Assembly: GCA_003009755.1 (NCBI GenBank)
Contig: PXUB01000017.1
Span: 1 to 64,000 of the forward strand
Length of the DNA stretch: 64,000 bases
Direction of reading: 5' to 3'
Origin: Thermoplasmatales archaeon SW_10_69_26
GTDB lineage: Archaea > Thermoplasmatota > SW-10-69-26
The notes under the pieces are model-generated. The model ran no database searches. It saw only the letters and a program-made list of their open reading frames with translations, and was not told the DNA's origin. This document shows, one piece after another, positions 36,505 through 46,269 of this stretch. Each line of letters starts with the position of its first letter. Positions within the stretch are counted from its first letter, which is position 1. The position numbers and the translations under genes are program-made.

Positions 36505-37851
36505 ATGGCTGGTAGGGCGCGCTTCGGCTCGAAGCTGGGACTGATCTTGTCCGGTGTCGGTTCCGCCGTCGGACTGGGCAACATCTGGCGGTTCCCGCAG
36601 GTCACCAGCAGCGAGGGAGGAGCCGCGTTCCTGTTCATCTACCTCCCCCTCGTCGCGTTCCTCAGCTTCCCGCTGATCCTCGCCGAGATGTCGCTCGGCC
36701 AGAAGGGGCAAGGCTCCCCGTTCCGGACCGTCAAGAACGTAGCCGGCGACAAGTGGGGCTGGGTCGGTGGCTTCCTGATCTTAGCCACCGTCCTGTTCAT
36801 GAGCTACTACACGATCATCGGCGGTCTCACGCTGAAGTACGCGATCTTCGGGGCCTTCCAGGACGCACTCACCAACCCTGAACCGTTCCTGGCCGCCTCC
36901 AACGAAGGGCCAAGCGCCCTGCTGATGCACGGCGTGTTCACCGCCATCGGCGTCGGCATCATCGCCTACGGCGTCTCCGACGGCCTGGAGAAGGCGAACA
37001 AGATCATGATGCCCGCCCTCTTCGTGATCGTCATCGCGCTGGCGATCTACGCCGTCTTCCAGGACGGGGCCGGGGCAGGCATCGACTACTACCTGTCGCC
37101 GGACTTCAGCGCGATCGGGTTGAACACGATCCAGGTCGCGATCGGGCAGGCGTTCTTCTCGACGAGCGTCGGGTTCGGCATCATGCTGACCTTCGGCAGC
37201 TACATGGAGTCCGGCCAGAGCTTGATCCGCTCGGCCGGCACGATCGCCGTGATGGACACCTTCGTGGCGTTCACGGCCGGCCTGATGATCTTCCCGCTCG
37301 TCTTCTCCCAGGGTCTGGCCGACCAGGTGATCGGCACCGAGTCGTTGACGGACGCGTTGTACCTGACGATGCCCACGGCCTTCGGCCAGATCAGCACGGG
37401 CCTGGTCGGGTACGTCTTCCTCATCGGCTTCTTCGGCATGGTCACGATGGGCGCGCTGTCCTCCTCGATCTCCGGGCTCGAGGTCATCACGAGCTTCATG
37501 GAGGAGCAGTGGGACATCTCCCGCTGGAAGGGCGCGCTGCTGGCCGCCGAGCTCACCTTCGGGCTCGGCATCGTCTCGGCCCTCAACTCGACGATGCTGG
37601 GCAACGTCGACACGATCGTCGGCAACGTGATGCTCGTCGGCGGCGGCTTGCTCGTCGCGATCCTCTACGGGTTCGCCATCGACGAACCCGTCAAGACGCT
37701 GCTCGGCGGTGAGGAGGATCCCGGCGTCTGGGAGGAGCGCATCACCCGCTACGTGAGCTACATCCTCCGCTACGTGATCCCGCTGGCTCTGGCCGCGATC
37801 CTCATCGGCAACATCCCGGGCACGATCGACTCGCTGACGTGGCCCTTCTGA
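36505..37851 (+). CDS. Sodium:neurotransmitter symporter (SNF) family transporter
   Basis: GSAVGLGNIWRFP, GGAAFL, QAFFS, multiple TM helices. Confidence 0.95.
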   Translation: MAGRARFGSKLGLILSGVGSAVGLGNIWRFPQVTSSEGGAAFLFIYLPLVAFLSFPLILAEMSLGQKGQGSPFRTVKNVAGDKWGWVGGFLILATVLFMSYYTIIGGLTLKYAIFGAFQDALTNPEPFLAASNEGPSALLMHGVFTAIGVGIIAYGVSDGLEKANKIMMPALFVIVIALAIYAVFQDGAGAGIDYYLSPDFSAIGLNTIQVAIGQAFFSTSVGFGIMLTFGSYMESGQSLIRSAGTIAVMDTFVAFTAGLMIFPLVFSQGLADQVIGTESLTDALYLTMPTAFGQISTGLVGYVFLIGFFGMVTMGALSSSISGLEVITSFMEEQWDISRWKGALLAAELTFGLGIVSALNSTMLGNVDTIVGNVMLVGGGLLVAILYGFAIDEPVKTLLGGEEDPGVWEERITRYVSYILRYVIPLALAAILIGNIPGTIDSLTWPF

Positions 37852-37869
37852 CCGGTCGACAACGGCGGG

Positions 37870-38061
37870 CTAGGACCCGCCGGCTTCCTCTTGCACCAGA
37901 GGCCGGTGCCGCAACCACAGGTACCGGCACGTGTCCGACTCGTCGAGGTGCTTGAGGAACGAGGGGCCGGGATCGGGCAGCATCTCGCCGCAGAACTCGC
38001 ACTCGTGGTCGTCGTAGGCGGCCTGGATCCGCTCCTCCTCGGACAGCTCCTCGTCGGCCAC
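37870..38061 (-). CDS. Small zinc-finger protein
   Basis: CEFCG...HLDESDTC; acidic, 63 aa. Confidence 0.7.
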   Translation of the reverse strand: MADEELSEEERIQAAYDDHECEFCGEMLPDPGPSFLKHLDESDTCRYLWLRHRPLVQEEAGGS

Positions 38062-38152
38062 GCACCGTCGGGTAGACCCGCCGTGACTTCAGCGTTTCGT
38101 CGCGCGCCGAAGATGGACGCATTCCTAAGGGGAGCCAGGGGTGGCTGTCTCG

Positions 38153-38620
38153 ATGGCTGACGTCGCGCATCTCACCGCTCGCTTCCTGCACGTCGGCGCC
38201 GCCCTCCTGTGGGTCGGCTACCTGGCCTTCCTCGCCTGGGCCGTGATCCCCGCCGCCCGCCACGGGGGCGCCCACGGCGCCAACGTCGGCCCGATCGTCG
38301 AGCGCATCCGGCCGTTCACGTTCCTGGGTCCCCTCGTGCTCGCGTTCGGGCTCTGGCTCGTCACCGCCTCCGGGCACGCCTACGGTGAACTGCTGCAACC
38401 GGGCTGGGGCCACGCGATCACCGGCGGCATCGTCCTCTCGATCGCGATGATGGGCCTCGAGCACGGGCTCGTCGCGCCTCGGCTGCGCGATGCCCACACC
38501 GGGCCCACCGAGGAGCGCGAGGACCACCTGGCCAAGGCCTCCACCGGCGCCCAGGTCGCGGCCGTGCTCGGCCTGCTGGCCGCCTTCCTGATGGTCCTGG
38601 CGCTGCTGGGGGGCCTCTAG
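38153..38620 (+). CDS. CopD-like four-TM membrane protein
   Basis: FLHVGAALLWVG first helix; four hydrophobic segments. Confidence 0.75.
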   Translation: MADVAHLTARFLHVGAALLWVGYLAFLAWAVIPAARHGGAHGANVGPIVERIRPFTFLGPLVLAFGLWLVTASGHAYGELLQPGWGHAITGGIVLSIAMMGLEHGLVAPRLRDAHTGPTEEREDHLAKASTGAQVAAVLGLLAAFLMVLALLGGL

Positions 38621-38643
38621 GGAGTCCCCGGCGGTCCTGGGCT

Positions 38644-40116
38644 CTACCTTGCGGCGGCGGGCGCGGGGTCGGCCTCGCCGTCGCCGGGCGTCGGGCCCGT
38701 GTAGTCGTACACGTAGAGCCCGCTGCCGCGCTCGGTGACCCAGATCTGGTCCTCGTGCCAGGTCGCCCGGAAGATGTTCGGGATGTAGCCCTCGGGGTCG
38801 AAGTTCGGCTTCTTCCACCAGTAGTCGCCGTCGAACAGCTCGCCGGGGCCGCCGGTGCGCTCGTTGAAGGCCACGTGCTCGGGGTTGGCCGGGTCCGAGG
38901 TGTCCAGCACCCACACGCCGGCGTGGTAGTGGCCGACGGCGGCCAACGGTTGATCGGGGTGCGGCGAGACGACGTGGGGTGACATCAGGTACTGGCCGGG
39001 GATCGTGACGTTGCCTGGCAGCTGCCAGGAGCCGACCTGCTCGAAGTTGGCCGGATCCGTCAGGTCGTAGGAGCGGACCACGCCCGACCCGTTGTCGAGC
39101 TGGCCGATCTCCGGCGCGCTGTACCCGAACACCTGCTGACCGCGAGCGTTCGGCTCGGGCCGGAACTGGTGGATCGACAGCTCCTCGCTGGGCGCCCACT
39201 GGCGGACCTTGTCCTGCTCGACGGGCGCGGCCGGATCGGAGACGTCGACCGTGATCGCTCCGCCGTCCCACCAGCTGGCGTACATCGTGAGGTCGCCCGT
39301 GACCGGGTGCTCCTCGATGAACGTGTCGTGGGGGAACGAGGAGACGTTCTGCTGCTGGTAGGTGTCGGTGTGCCGGTACTCGGTCACCTTGGCGAGGTGG
39401 GCGCCGGCGGGGGTCTCCACGAGGCGCGCGATCCCGACGTAGTTGCCGGCCGGGTCGCTCCCGAACGGCTGCCCGGTGTAGAAGACCCACGTCTCGCCGT
39501 CGACCGTCTCCAGCTCGATGTTGTGCGTGCCCAGCAGGTCGACGGGGAACCGGCTGACGAGCTCGGGGTTCGATCGGTCGCTGACGTCGACCACGTGGAT
39601 GCAGACCTGGCAGTCGCCGGCTCCCTCGTCGGCCGGCGGGATCGTCTGCACGTTCATGAGGACGTAGTCGCCGCTCGGGCTCCAGACCGCCTCCTGGATG
39701 CCGCTGCCGGCGATCCGGTAGGTGCCGATCGTCTCCATGGTCTGGGGGTCGGAGACGTCGACGATGTTGAACCCGCCCTCGTCGTCGCCGTCGACGGCGA
39801 CGACGGCCAGCTCCTCGCCGTCCTCCTCGTGGAACTGGAAGTCGGCGAAGCCGTTGCCGTCCTCGCCCACGTCGACGCCCAGATCGCTGTAGGCCACGAT
39901 CTCCAGGTTGTGGCTCTGGTTGTGGACGGCCGGGTCGGTGTGGTCGTGGAACATCTCGATCGGTTCGCCGATCTCGTCCTGGATCGCGTCGTGATCGAGC
40001 TGCTCGCCGGCCGACTGGGCCTCGGTGGTCTCCTCGTCTTTCGCCATCCCGATGCAACCAGCCACAGCCAGCAACGAGACCAGTCCGGCCATGGCAAGGA
40101 GTCGCGTGCCTCGCAT
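38644..40116 (-). CDS. LVIVD-repeat beta-propeller lipoprotein
   Basis: Lipobox VAGC; DVSDP repeats; WWDGG, HYHAG. Confidence 0.85.
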   Translation of the reverse strand: MRGTRLLAMAGLVSLLAVAGCIGMAKDEETTEAQSAGEQLDHDAIQDEIGEPIEMFHDHTDPAVHNQSHNLEIVAYSDLGVDVGEDGNGFADFQFHEEDGEELAVVAVDGDDEGGFNIVDVSDPQTMETIGTYRIAGSGIQEAVWSPSGDYVLMNVQTIPPADEGAGDCQVCIHVVDVSDRSNPELVSRFPVDLLGTHNIELETVDGETWVFYTGQPFGSDPAGNYVGIARLVETPAGAHLAKVTEYRHTDTYQQQNVSSFPHDTFIEEHPVTGDLTMYASWWDGGAITVDVSDPAAPVEQDKVRQWAPSEELSIHQFRPEPNARGQQVFGYSAPEIGQLDNGSGVVRSYDLTDPANFEQVGSWQLPGNVTIPGQYLMSPHVVSPHPDQPLAAVGHYHAGVWVLDTSDPANPEHVAFNERTGGPGELFDGDYWWKKPNFDPEGYIPNIFRATWHEDQIWVTERGSGLYVYDYTGPTPGDGEADPAPAAAR

Positions 40117-40278
40117 CGCGCCGAGCAGAGCGCTTCCCCTCCTTAAGCCTCGGGCCCCAACCGTTGGTCGGACCGCGCCGGCCGGCCCGCCCCGTGCCCA
40201 TCTGTGCCCATCGGTCTCGAGGCGACGGCCGCCAGGCGTCGGCGAAACCCCTTAGACGGGCTCGACCCTGACCCGAGC

Positions 40279-41202
40279 GTGCCCGCCGACCGCATCGTGT
40301 CCCTCGTCCCAGCCGCGAGCGAGATCCTATTCGCGATCGGCGCCGGGGGCAAGGTCCAGGCCGTCTCCCACGCGTGCGATCACCCGCCCGAGGCGGCCCA
40401 GCGGCCCGCCGCCTCGCGCACCCGGCTCGATGCCGAGGGGTCCAGCCGGGCGATCGACGAGGACGTGCGCGAGGCCGTCGACGAGGGCGAGGCCACGTTC
40501 GAGGTGCTCGGCGAGGTCCTCCACCACGCCCAGCCCGATCTCGTCGTCACGCAGGAGGCTTGCGACGTCTGCGGCATCACGCCCGTCGACGTCCGCGCCA
40601 AGCTGGCGCGCTTCGAGCCCGGCGAGGGCCCCGAGCTGATGGGGTTGCACCCGCACACGCTGGCCGACGTGCTCGACCAGATCCGCCAGCTGGGTGAGGC
40701 CACCGGCACCGCCGAGGCCGCCCAGCGCCTGGTCGGGGCCCTCGAGCAGCGCATCGAGGCGGTCGAGGCCTTCGCCAGCGACCGCGAGCGGCCCACGGTG
40801 GCGGTGCTCGATTGGATCGATCCGCCGATGGCCGCCGGCCACTGGATCCCCGGCATGGTGGAGGCGGCCGGCGGGGACCCGGTGCTGCTCGACGACGCCA
40901 GCCCCTCGACCTACGTCGAGTGGGACGACGTCGAGGCGGCCGACCCCGACGTCCTGTTGTCGATCCCGTGCGGGTTCGACGCTCGCCGCGCCCTCGCCGA
41001 GGCCGAGGCCGTCGTCGAGCCCGACGACCGTCTGCCGGGCCTGCCCCGCGAGCGCGTCGTCGCGCTGGACGCCGGCGCCTACACCTCGCGTCCGGGTCCG
41101 CGTCTCGTGGACGGCCTCGAGCAGATCGCCTGCGCGCTGCACGGGCCCGCGGCCCGGCAGCGGTGGCCCGAGCAGGCGACCCGCGTCCAGCGGTTGGGCT
41201 AA
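40279..41202 (+). CDS. Cobalamin/iron-siderophore binding protein (BtuF-like, no signal peptide)
   Basis: RIVSLVPAASEIL, SHACDHP, TQEACDVC, AGHWIP, SRPGPRLVDG. Confidence 0.85.
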   Translation: MPADRIVSLVPAASEILFAIGAGGKVQAVSHACDHPPEAAQRPAASRTRLDAEGSSRAIDEDVREAVDEGEATFEVLGEVLHHAQPDLVVTQEACDVCGITPVDVRAKLARFEPGEGPELMGLHPHTLADVLDQIRQLGEATGTAEAAQRLVGALEQRIEAVEAFASDRERPTVAVLDWIDPPMAAGHWIPGMVEAAGGDPVLLDDASPSTYVEWDDVEAADPDVLLSIPCGFDARRALAEAEAVVEPDDRLPGLPRERVVALDAGAYTSRPGPRLVDGLEQIACALHGPAARQRWPEQATRVQRLG

Positions 41203-41203
41203 C

Positions 41204-42922
41204 TCAGCGAGCCTCGCGACGGGCGAGCGCGGCACCGACCCCCGCGACGGCGAGGCCGGCGAGCACGCCCGGGCCCGGCGCGTTCTTGACGGGGTCGACG
41301 CCCATCGTCTCGCCGGGCGGGGGGCCCAGCTCGCCGGGGCCGCCGGTGAAGACCCCCTCGCCGCTGGAGGAGCCCTGCCACTCGGCCGCTTCGTCGCTCT
41401 CGCCGCCGCCGTCCGTGGCCCTCTCGTGGGCGTACGTGCGGTAACAGCAGCGATCGTCGGCCGGCTGGCCGGGCGTCAGCTGGACCGTGATCCGCTCGTC
41501 GCCGTCGACCTGCACGTTCGTCGCGTTGGCGTAGTAGCCGTCGGCGCGGACGCGCACCGTGTAGTAGCCCTCGTCCACGTCCACCTGGAAGGAGCCGTCC
41601 TCGCCGGTCGCGGCCTGGCCCCACTCGCCGGTCTCCTCGTTGCGGATCTGCAGCTGGGCGTCGGGCACGGCCTCGCCGGTCGAGGCGTTCACGACCCAGC
41701 CGTCGAGGCGTGCGTCGGGCTGGGGCTCGGGCTGCAGGCCGCGGTCGAGCGCGACCGTCTGGCCGGCCTCGGTCTGGATCGTCGTCTCGATCGGCAGGTA
41801 GGCCGTCGAGCGCTCGCGGCGGTTGTCGCAGACCTCGGTCCGGTTCGCGCCGTTCCCGTCGTCCTCCTCGGTCCCCTCGTCCGCGGGTTGACAGGGGACG
41901 TGGTAGGTCTCGTCGGCGCGGATCTGGACGAGGGCGTAGCCGGGCTCGATCGAGAGCTTAAAGCGCCCGTCCTCGTCGGTGCGCGTCCGGTTGTCGGTGC
42001 CCCACTTCAGGTTCTCGACCCGGATCTCGGCGGCCTCGATCGGCTCGCCCGTGTCCTGGTCGACGATCGCGCCCTCGACGCTGACGGAGCGCGGCGGGAA
42101 CGGGGTCAGGCTCGCGTCGGCGCGAGCCGATGCGCCCTCGGGGGCCTCGACGCTCGTGCGAGCGTTCAGGTGGCCGTCGGCGCGCACGAAGATCCGGTAG
42201 TGGCCGTCGGGGACGCGGACCTCGTAGTCGCCCTGCGGTCCGGTCTCGGCGCGGACGTGGCGGTCGCTTCGCGGGTGGTAGGTGATCTCGACCGTGCCCT
42301 CGTCGGTCTCGACCTCGCGAGAGCTCGATCTATCGCCGGCGGCGCGAGCGTCCTCGGGGTGCTGCTCGCAGTCCCAGGCGTCCTCGCAGCCCTCGGGGAC
42401 GGGGCTGATCTGGACGTAGGCGTCCCCGATCGGGTCGCCGTCCTCGCTGGTGACGGTCCCGTGGACGCGGGCCAGGTCCTGGGACACCGGCTCCATCGGG
42501 ATGTCGAGGCGGGTGTCGTTCCGGACGGAGAACTCGGCGTGGGCTCGCTGGTAGCTCTCGTCGTCGATGCGCAGGTCGACGTGGCCCTCGGAGACGTTCA
42601 CGCTGTAGCGGCCCTCGTCGTCGGTCGCGGCGGAGAGGGAGTCGCGGCCGTGGTGCCGCTCGTCGCCGTCCCGCGTCTCCCAGACGTTGTGGATCCGCAG
42701 CTCGAGGCCGGCCACGGGCTCGCCGGAGCTTGCGTTCGTGACCTGGCCCTCGAGGGTCAGGTTGCGGGGCCCTTGCTTGGATTCCTCGCGAGCGACGGCC
42801 GTGGGCTCGGCCTCGCTGGCCAACGTGGTCGTCGACCCGACGACGACGGCGACGCCGGCCGTCAAGAGCGAGATCGCGATCAACAGGGGGAGGCGGGACG
42901 GTGCACGAGTCATGGTTCGCAT
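41204..42922 (-). CDS. Surface protein with carboxypeptidase-regulatory-like repeats and C-terminal sorting tail
   Basis: Repeats of G.V.NASTGE.V...TDEDG.F; C-terminus APGPGVLAGLAVAGVGAALARREAR. Confidence 0.85.
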   Translation of the reverse strand: MRTMTRAPSRLPLLIAISLLTAGVAVVVGSTTTLASEAEPTAVAREESKQGPRNLTLEGQVTNASSGEPVAGLELRIHNVWETRDGDERHHGRDSLSAATDDEGRYSVNVSEGHVDLRIDDESYQRAHAEFSVRNDTRLDIPMEPVSQDLARVHGTVTSEDGDPIGDAYVQISPVPEGCEDAWDCEQHPEDARAAGDRSSSREVETDEGTVEITYHPRSDRHVRAETGPQGDYEVRVPDGHYRIFVRADGHLNARTSVEAPEGASARADASLTPFPPRSVSVEGAIVDQDTGEPIEAAEIRVENLKWGTDNRTRTDEDGRFKLSIEPGYALVQIRADETYHVPCQPADEGTEEDDGNGANRTEVCDNRRERSTAYLPIETTIQTEAGQTVALDRGLQPEPQPDARLDGWVVNASTGEAVPDAQLQIRNEETGEWGQAATGEDGSFQVDVDEGYYTVRVRADGYYANATNVQVDGDERITVQLTPGQPADDRCCYRTYAHERATDGGGESDEAAEWQGSSSGEGVFTGGPGELGPPPGETMGVDPVKNAPGPGVLAGLAVAGVGAALARREAR

Positions 42923-43007
42923 CCAGGGATGGAGGGCCGCTGGTACTTAGGGTGACGCCAACGGTTCGGCGCCCGCCGAACCACCGTTCGCTGGGCCCGA
43001 ACGGACC

Positions 43008-43886
43008 TCAGCTTCGCGGCGTCCTCTGGACGAAGTCGACGATCTTCGCCGCCAGCTCCTCGCCGGCGTCCTCCTGGATGAAGTGGCCTGCACCGTCGAT
43101 CCAGTCGAGATCGGCGTCGAGCAGCTCGCTCATCGGCTCGGCGCCGGGCGCCATGATCGGGTCCTGCTCGGCGAACACGCAGTAGGTGTCGGCCTCGAGG
43201 TCCGCCAACCGCGTGCGGGTCTCGCGGATCGGGTCGGCGGCCGGGGCGTCGGGCGAGCGGGGCACGAGGTCGGGCAGCCGGCGCGCGCCGGCCTTGTGCT
43301 CCTCGCTCGGGAACGGGGCATCGTAGGCGGCCACGACCTCGTCGGGGAGATCGGTCACGCAGGCGCGCTGGACGAGGAAACCGGCGGGTACGTCGGGGGT
43401 GCGCTGGACGAAGTCGTGGAACTCGTGCCAGGGCTCGGGCAGCGGTTGGCTGCCGTCGGGCAGGAACGTGTTGGCCGCCACCAGCCGCTGGAAGCGATCG
43501 GGCAGGCGCGTGGCGGCGTGGAAGCCGAAGGGGCCGCCCCAGTCCTGGCCGACGAGCGTGACGTCGTCGAGGTCGAGCGCCTCGACGAACCGCGTCACGG
43601 TGCGGGCGTGCATGTCGTAGGTGTGCGCGTCGTCGGCCGGCTTGCTCGAGGCGCCGAAGCCGACGAGGTCGGGGACGAGGACCCGGCCGGCCTCGATCAG
43701 CGTGGGCACCATCTTGCGATACAGGTAGCTCCACGTGGGTACGCCGTGAAGCAACAGGAAGGTCTCGGGGCCCTCGCCCTCGTCGAGGTAGGCCATCTCG
43801 TGGCCCTCGACCTCGATCGTGTCCTGCTCGTAGGGGAAGCCCGAGAGGTCGCAAAGGCGGCCGAGGTCGGTCTCTGGGACGGTCAT
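43008..43886 (-). CDS. Haloalkane dehalogenase (alpha/beta hydrolase)
   Basis: HGVPTWSYLYR, nucleophile QDWGG, GHFIQED. Confidence 0.9.
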   Translation of the reverse strand: MTVPETDLGRLCDLSGFPYEQDTIEVEGHEMAYLDEGEGPETFLLLHGVPTWSYLYRKMVPTLIEAGRVLVPDLVGFGASSKPADDAHTYDMHARTVTRFVEALDLDDVTLVGQDWGGPFGFHAATRLPDRFQRLVAANTFLPDGSQPLPEPWHEFHDFVQRTPDVPAGFLVQRACVTDLPDEVVAAYDAPFPSEEHKAGARRLPDLVPRSPDAPAADPIRETRTRLADLEADTYCVFAEQDPIMAPGAEPMSELLDADLDWIDGAGHFIQEDAGEELAAKIVDFVQRTPRS

Positions 43887-43939
43887 CGCCCGCCAAGCGT
43901 GGGCCGGTTACTCAAGGGTTCGCCGCGCGGAAGGTGCGG

Positions 43940-44212
43940 TCAGAGGTAGCGGGGGATCTCGTCCTCGTACGCGCCGAAGTAGCGCTCGATGACGGGCAGC
44001 TCGAACGCCGAGAGGATCTGCTCCTTGGGTTCCCGGTCGAGCAGGAACCGGAAGCTGGCCTCGACGAGGTGGTCGGGCTCGACGGCGGGGGCCAGGCGCT
44101 CGTGGTCCTCGCGGGACAGCTTGACCTCGTGCTGGCTGGCGCTGTTGGCCTCCTCGACCCGCACCTCGAACACCATCGGGTCCCCGTCGTCGAGCTGCTT
44201 CACCTCGATCAT
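43940..44212 (-). CDS. Conserved small hypothetical protein
   Basis: LVEASFRFLLDREPKEQILSAFELPVIERYF; host codon usage. Confidence 0.75.
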   Translation of the reverse strand: MIEVKQLDDGDPMVFEVRVEEANSASQHEVKLSREDHERLAPAVEPDHLVEASFRFLLDREPKEQILSAFELPVIERYFGAYEDEIPRYL

Positions 44213-44322
44213 CGCGGTAGCGGATACGGTGGGGAAGGGAAAAGCCGTCGCTCGACGGTCGTCGCCGTCGTTTCGACGACAGACCAACAACCTTGATGGT
44301 TGCTGAACCCAACCACCCGTCG

Positions 44323-44901
44323 ATGCTCTGGAACCGATCGACCGCCCGAGCGGGGGCGACCCGGGCGCTCGCGTTGACGATCGCCGGTCTCGCTGCGTTG
44401 CTCGTCGTGGCGGCTGCGCCGACCGGGGCGCAGGCGCAGTCCGACACGGTGAAGATCGACCCCGGGCAACACGCGGCGGTCGAGATCGACTTCCGCGACG
44501 GCCCGACGAAGGACGTCAGCTACCAGGTGACGGTCCAGGAAGGCCCCAACGTCGACGTGCTGTTCCTCGACAACGCCAACTACCAGAAGTACACGGACGG
44601 CGAGTCCTTCGAGTACATCGGCGAGTGGTCGGACCTCGACACCGGCGACACGGACGCGTCGTTCCGACTCGAGCGCCACGGGACGTGGTGGCTCGTCCTC
44701 GACCACACGGATCGGCCCGACGACGGAGCCTCGCCGGCGACGATCGGGGCCGAGTCCGTGACGGCCCGCTACTCCCTGTCGACGGAGACGAACGTCACCG
44801 ACCAGGCGCGCGACCGCGCCAACCAGCTGCCGGCACCGGGCGCGAGCGCGGCGGTGGGCCTGTTGGGCACGGTGGCGCTGCTCGCCGCCCGCGAGCGGTG
44901 A
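44323..44901 (+). CDS. Secreted surface protein with C-terminal sorting tail
   Basis: Signal ending AQA; C-terminus LPAPGASAAVGLLGTVALLAARER. Confidence 0.8.
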   Translation: MLWNRSTARAGATRALALTIAGLAALLVVAAAPTGAQAQSDTVKIDPGQHAAVEIDFRDGPTKDVSYQVTVQEGPNVDVLFLDNANYQKYTDGESFEYIGEWSDLDTGDTDASFRLERHGTWWLVLDHTDRPDDGASPATIGAESVTARYSLSTETNVTDQARDRANQLPAPGASAAVGLLGTVALLAARER

Positions 44902-45114
44902 CGCGGGGGTCCATCGCGGCCCCCGCGGGGGCGGCGCCGATCAGCTGATCTCCTGCCGTCGCCCTCGAGGTCGCGGTCCCCGCGGCGGGACTCGATCTCC
45001 TCGTCGACGGCCTCGAGGTGGCGGGTTTCGACGCGCGCCGCCTCGACGGCGGCCTCGTCCTCGGGGTCGCCCTCGGGCCCGACGTTCGCGGTAGGGACAG
45101 CCGCTGATGCGGGC

Positions 45115-46128
45115 CTAGGCGGTCGTGTCCGGGGCTGCGACGTCGTGGTTGATCGCGATCTCGGCGATGTTGGCCGCGTACGCCGCCGTGCGGCCGATCG
45201 ACTCGACGACGAAGGCGATGTGCACCGCCGCCTGGGAGCCGAAGTCGGTCCCGCGCTTGAGCAGCTGAGCCTGCTCGTCCTGGAACTCGTTGGCCTCCTG
45301 GATCACCCGGTCGGCGGTCTCGGGGTCGTGGTGGCGGAACGTGTCCACGGCATCCTCGAAGAGGCTGGTCGACCGCCGCCAGGCCTGAGCGATCTCGCCG
45401 AGGAGCTCGTCGGCCTCACCGTCCCGCGGGATCTCCATCGCTTCCCCGGCGACCCGGTTGGCGTGGTCGGCGGTCCGCTCGCACAGCCGGGCGACCAGCA
45501 GGAAGTTGTGAGCTTCGCCGGGCGACAGCTCCATCTTCGAGGCGTAGCTGACGTCGCGCAACAGCGCGTGGAACTGCTTGTTGATCAGCCAGAACAGGCG
45601 GTCGACCTCGTCGTCCCGGTCCCGCACGGAGGTGCGCTTGCGGTCGTCGGGTGTCGTCAGCAGGTCGTCGGCGTCCTGCTGCATCGCCTGGGTCAGCATC
45701 TGCAACCGGCGCAGCGCCTTGTCGACGTGGAAGTCCTTCGGGTCCAGGAAGTCCTGCACCGTCACCGAGCCCATGTCCTCCTCGATGATCTCGAGCCCCA
45801 TGATGCGGTCCTTGGCGCGCTGGACGGCGTCCCGGGCCTCGGGAGAGATCTCGTCCACGGACGTCACGGTGATCGCGTCGAAGCCGTTCAGGTAGGCCGA
45901 GATGACCTGGCGGAACAGCGACTCGGTGTCGGCGCCGTCCGCGCTGAGGTGGTAGGTCTGGATCTCCCGATCGCCCTTCGCGTGCGGGTGCACGGCCATC
46001 GACCCATCCGGTTGCTCGGCACATCCGACGACGTCCCCCGCCTGGAGGTCGGCTTTCTCGGCCCACGTCTTGGGCAGGGTGACGGTCAACGAGGAGCCGC
46101 CGGTCAACTGGACTTTGCGGAGCTCCAT
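45115..46128 (-). CDS. Archaeal phosphate uptake regulator (AbrB + PhoU domains)
   Basis: MELRKVQLTGGSSLTVTLPKTW; RDDEVDRLF; ERTADHA. Confidence 0.93.
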   Translation of the reverse strand: MELRKVQLTGGSSLTVTLPKTWAEKADLQAGDVVGCAEQPDGSMAVHPHAKGDREIQTYHLSADGADTESLFRQVISAYLNGFDAITVTSVDEISPEARDAVQRAKDRIMGLEIIEEDMGSVTVQDFLDPKDFHVDKALRRLQMLTQAMQQDADDLLTTPDDRKRTSVRDRDDEVDRLFWLINKQFHALLRDVSYASKMELSPGEAHNFLLVARLCERTADHANRVAGEAMEIPRDGEADELLGEIAQAWRRSTSLFEDAVDTFRHHDPETADRVIQEANEFQDEQAQLLKRGTDFGSQAAVHIAFVVESIGRTAAYAANIAEIAINHDVAAPDTTA

Positions 46129-46156
46129 CTTAACCTCACGATTGGACCCCCTGGCA

Positions 46157-46209
46157 TATAGAGTTTCTCTATACTCTCCATACGGATACTTACTGGTTAG
46201 AGTTTCTAA
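46157..46209. promoter_or_regulatory. Putative phosphate-regulon operator in the divergent promoter
   Basis: Palindrome TATAGAG-ttt-CTCTATA (46157-46173); TAGAGTTTCT repeated at 46159 and 46198. Confidence 0.5.
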
Positions 46210-46269
46210 GGGCAACGGGTATCCCCAGGGTGGGTCTCACGCCGACAGAACCGAAACGAGTGTCTCATC

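Noticed and set aside
44941-45110. Acidic coding-like frame on the minus strand after the PhoU regulator
   Set aside because: No start codon or recognisable motif; possibly a remnant but unsupported.
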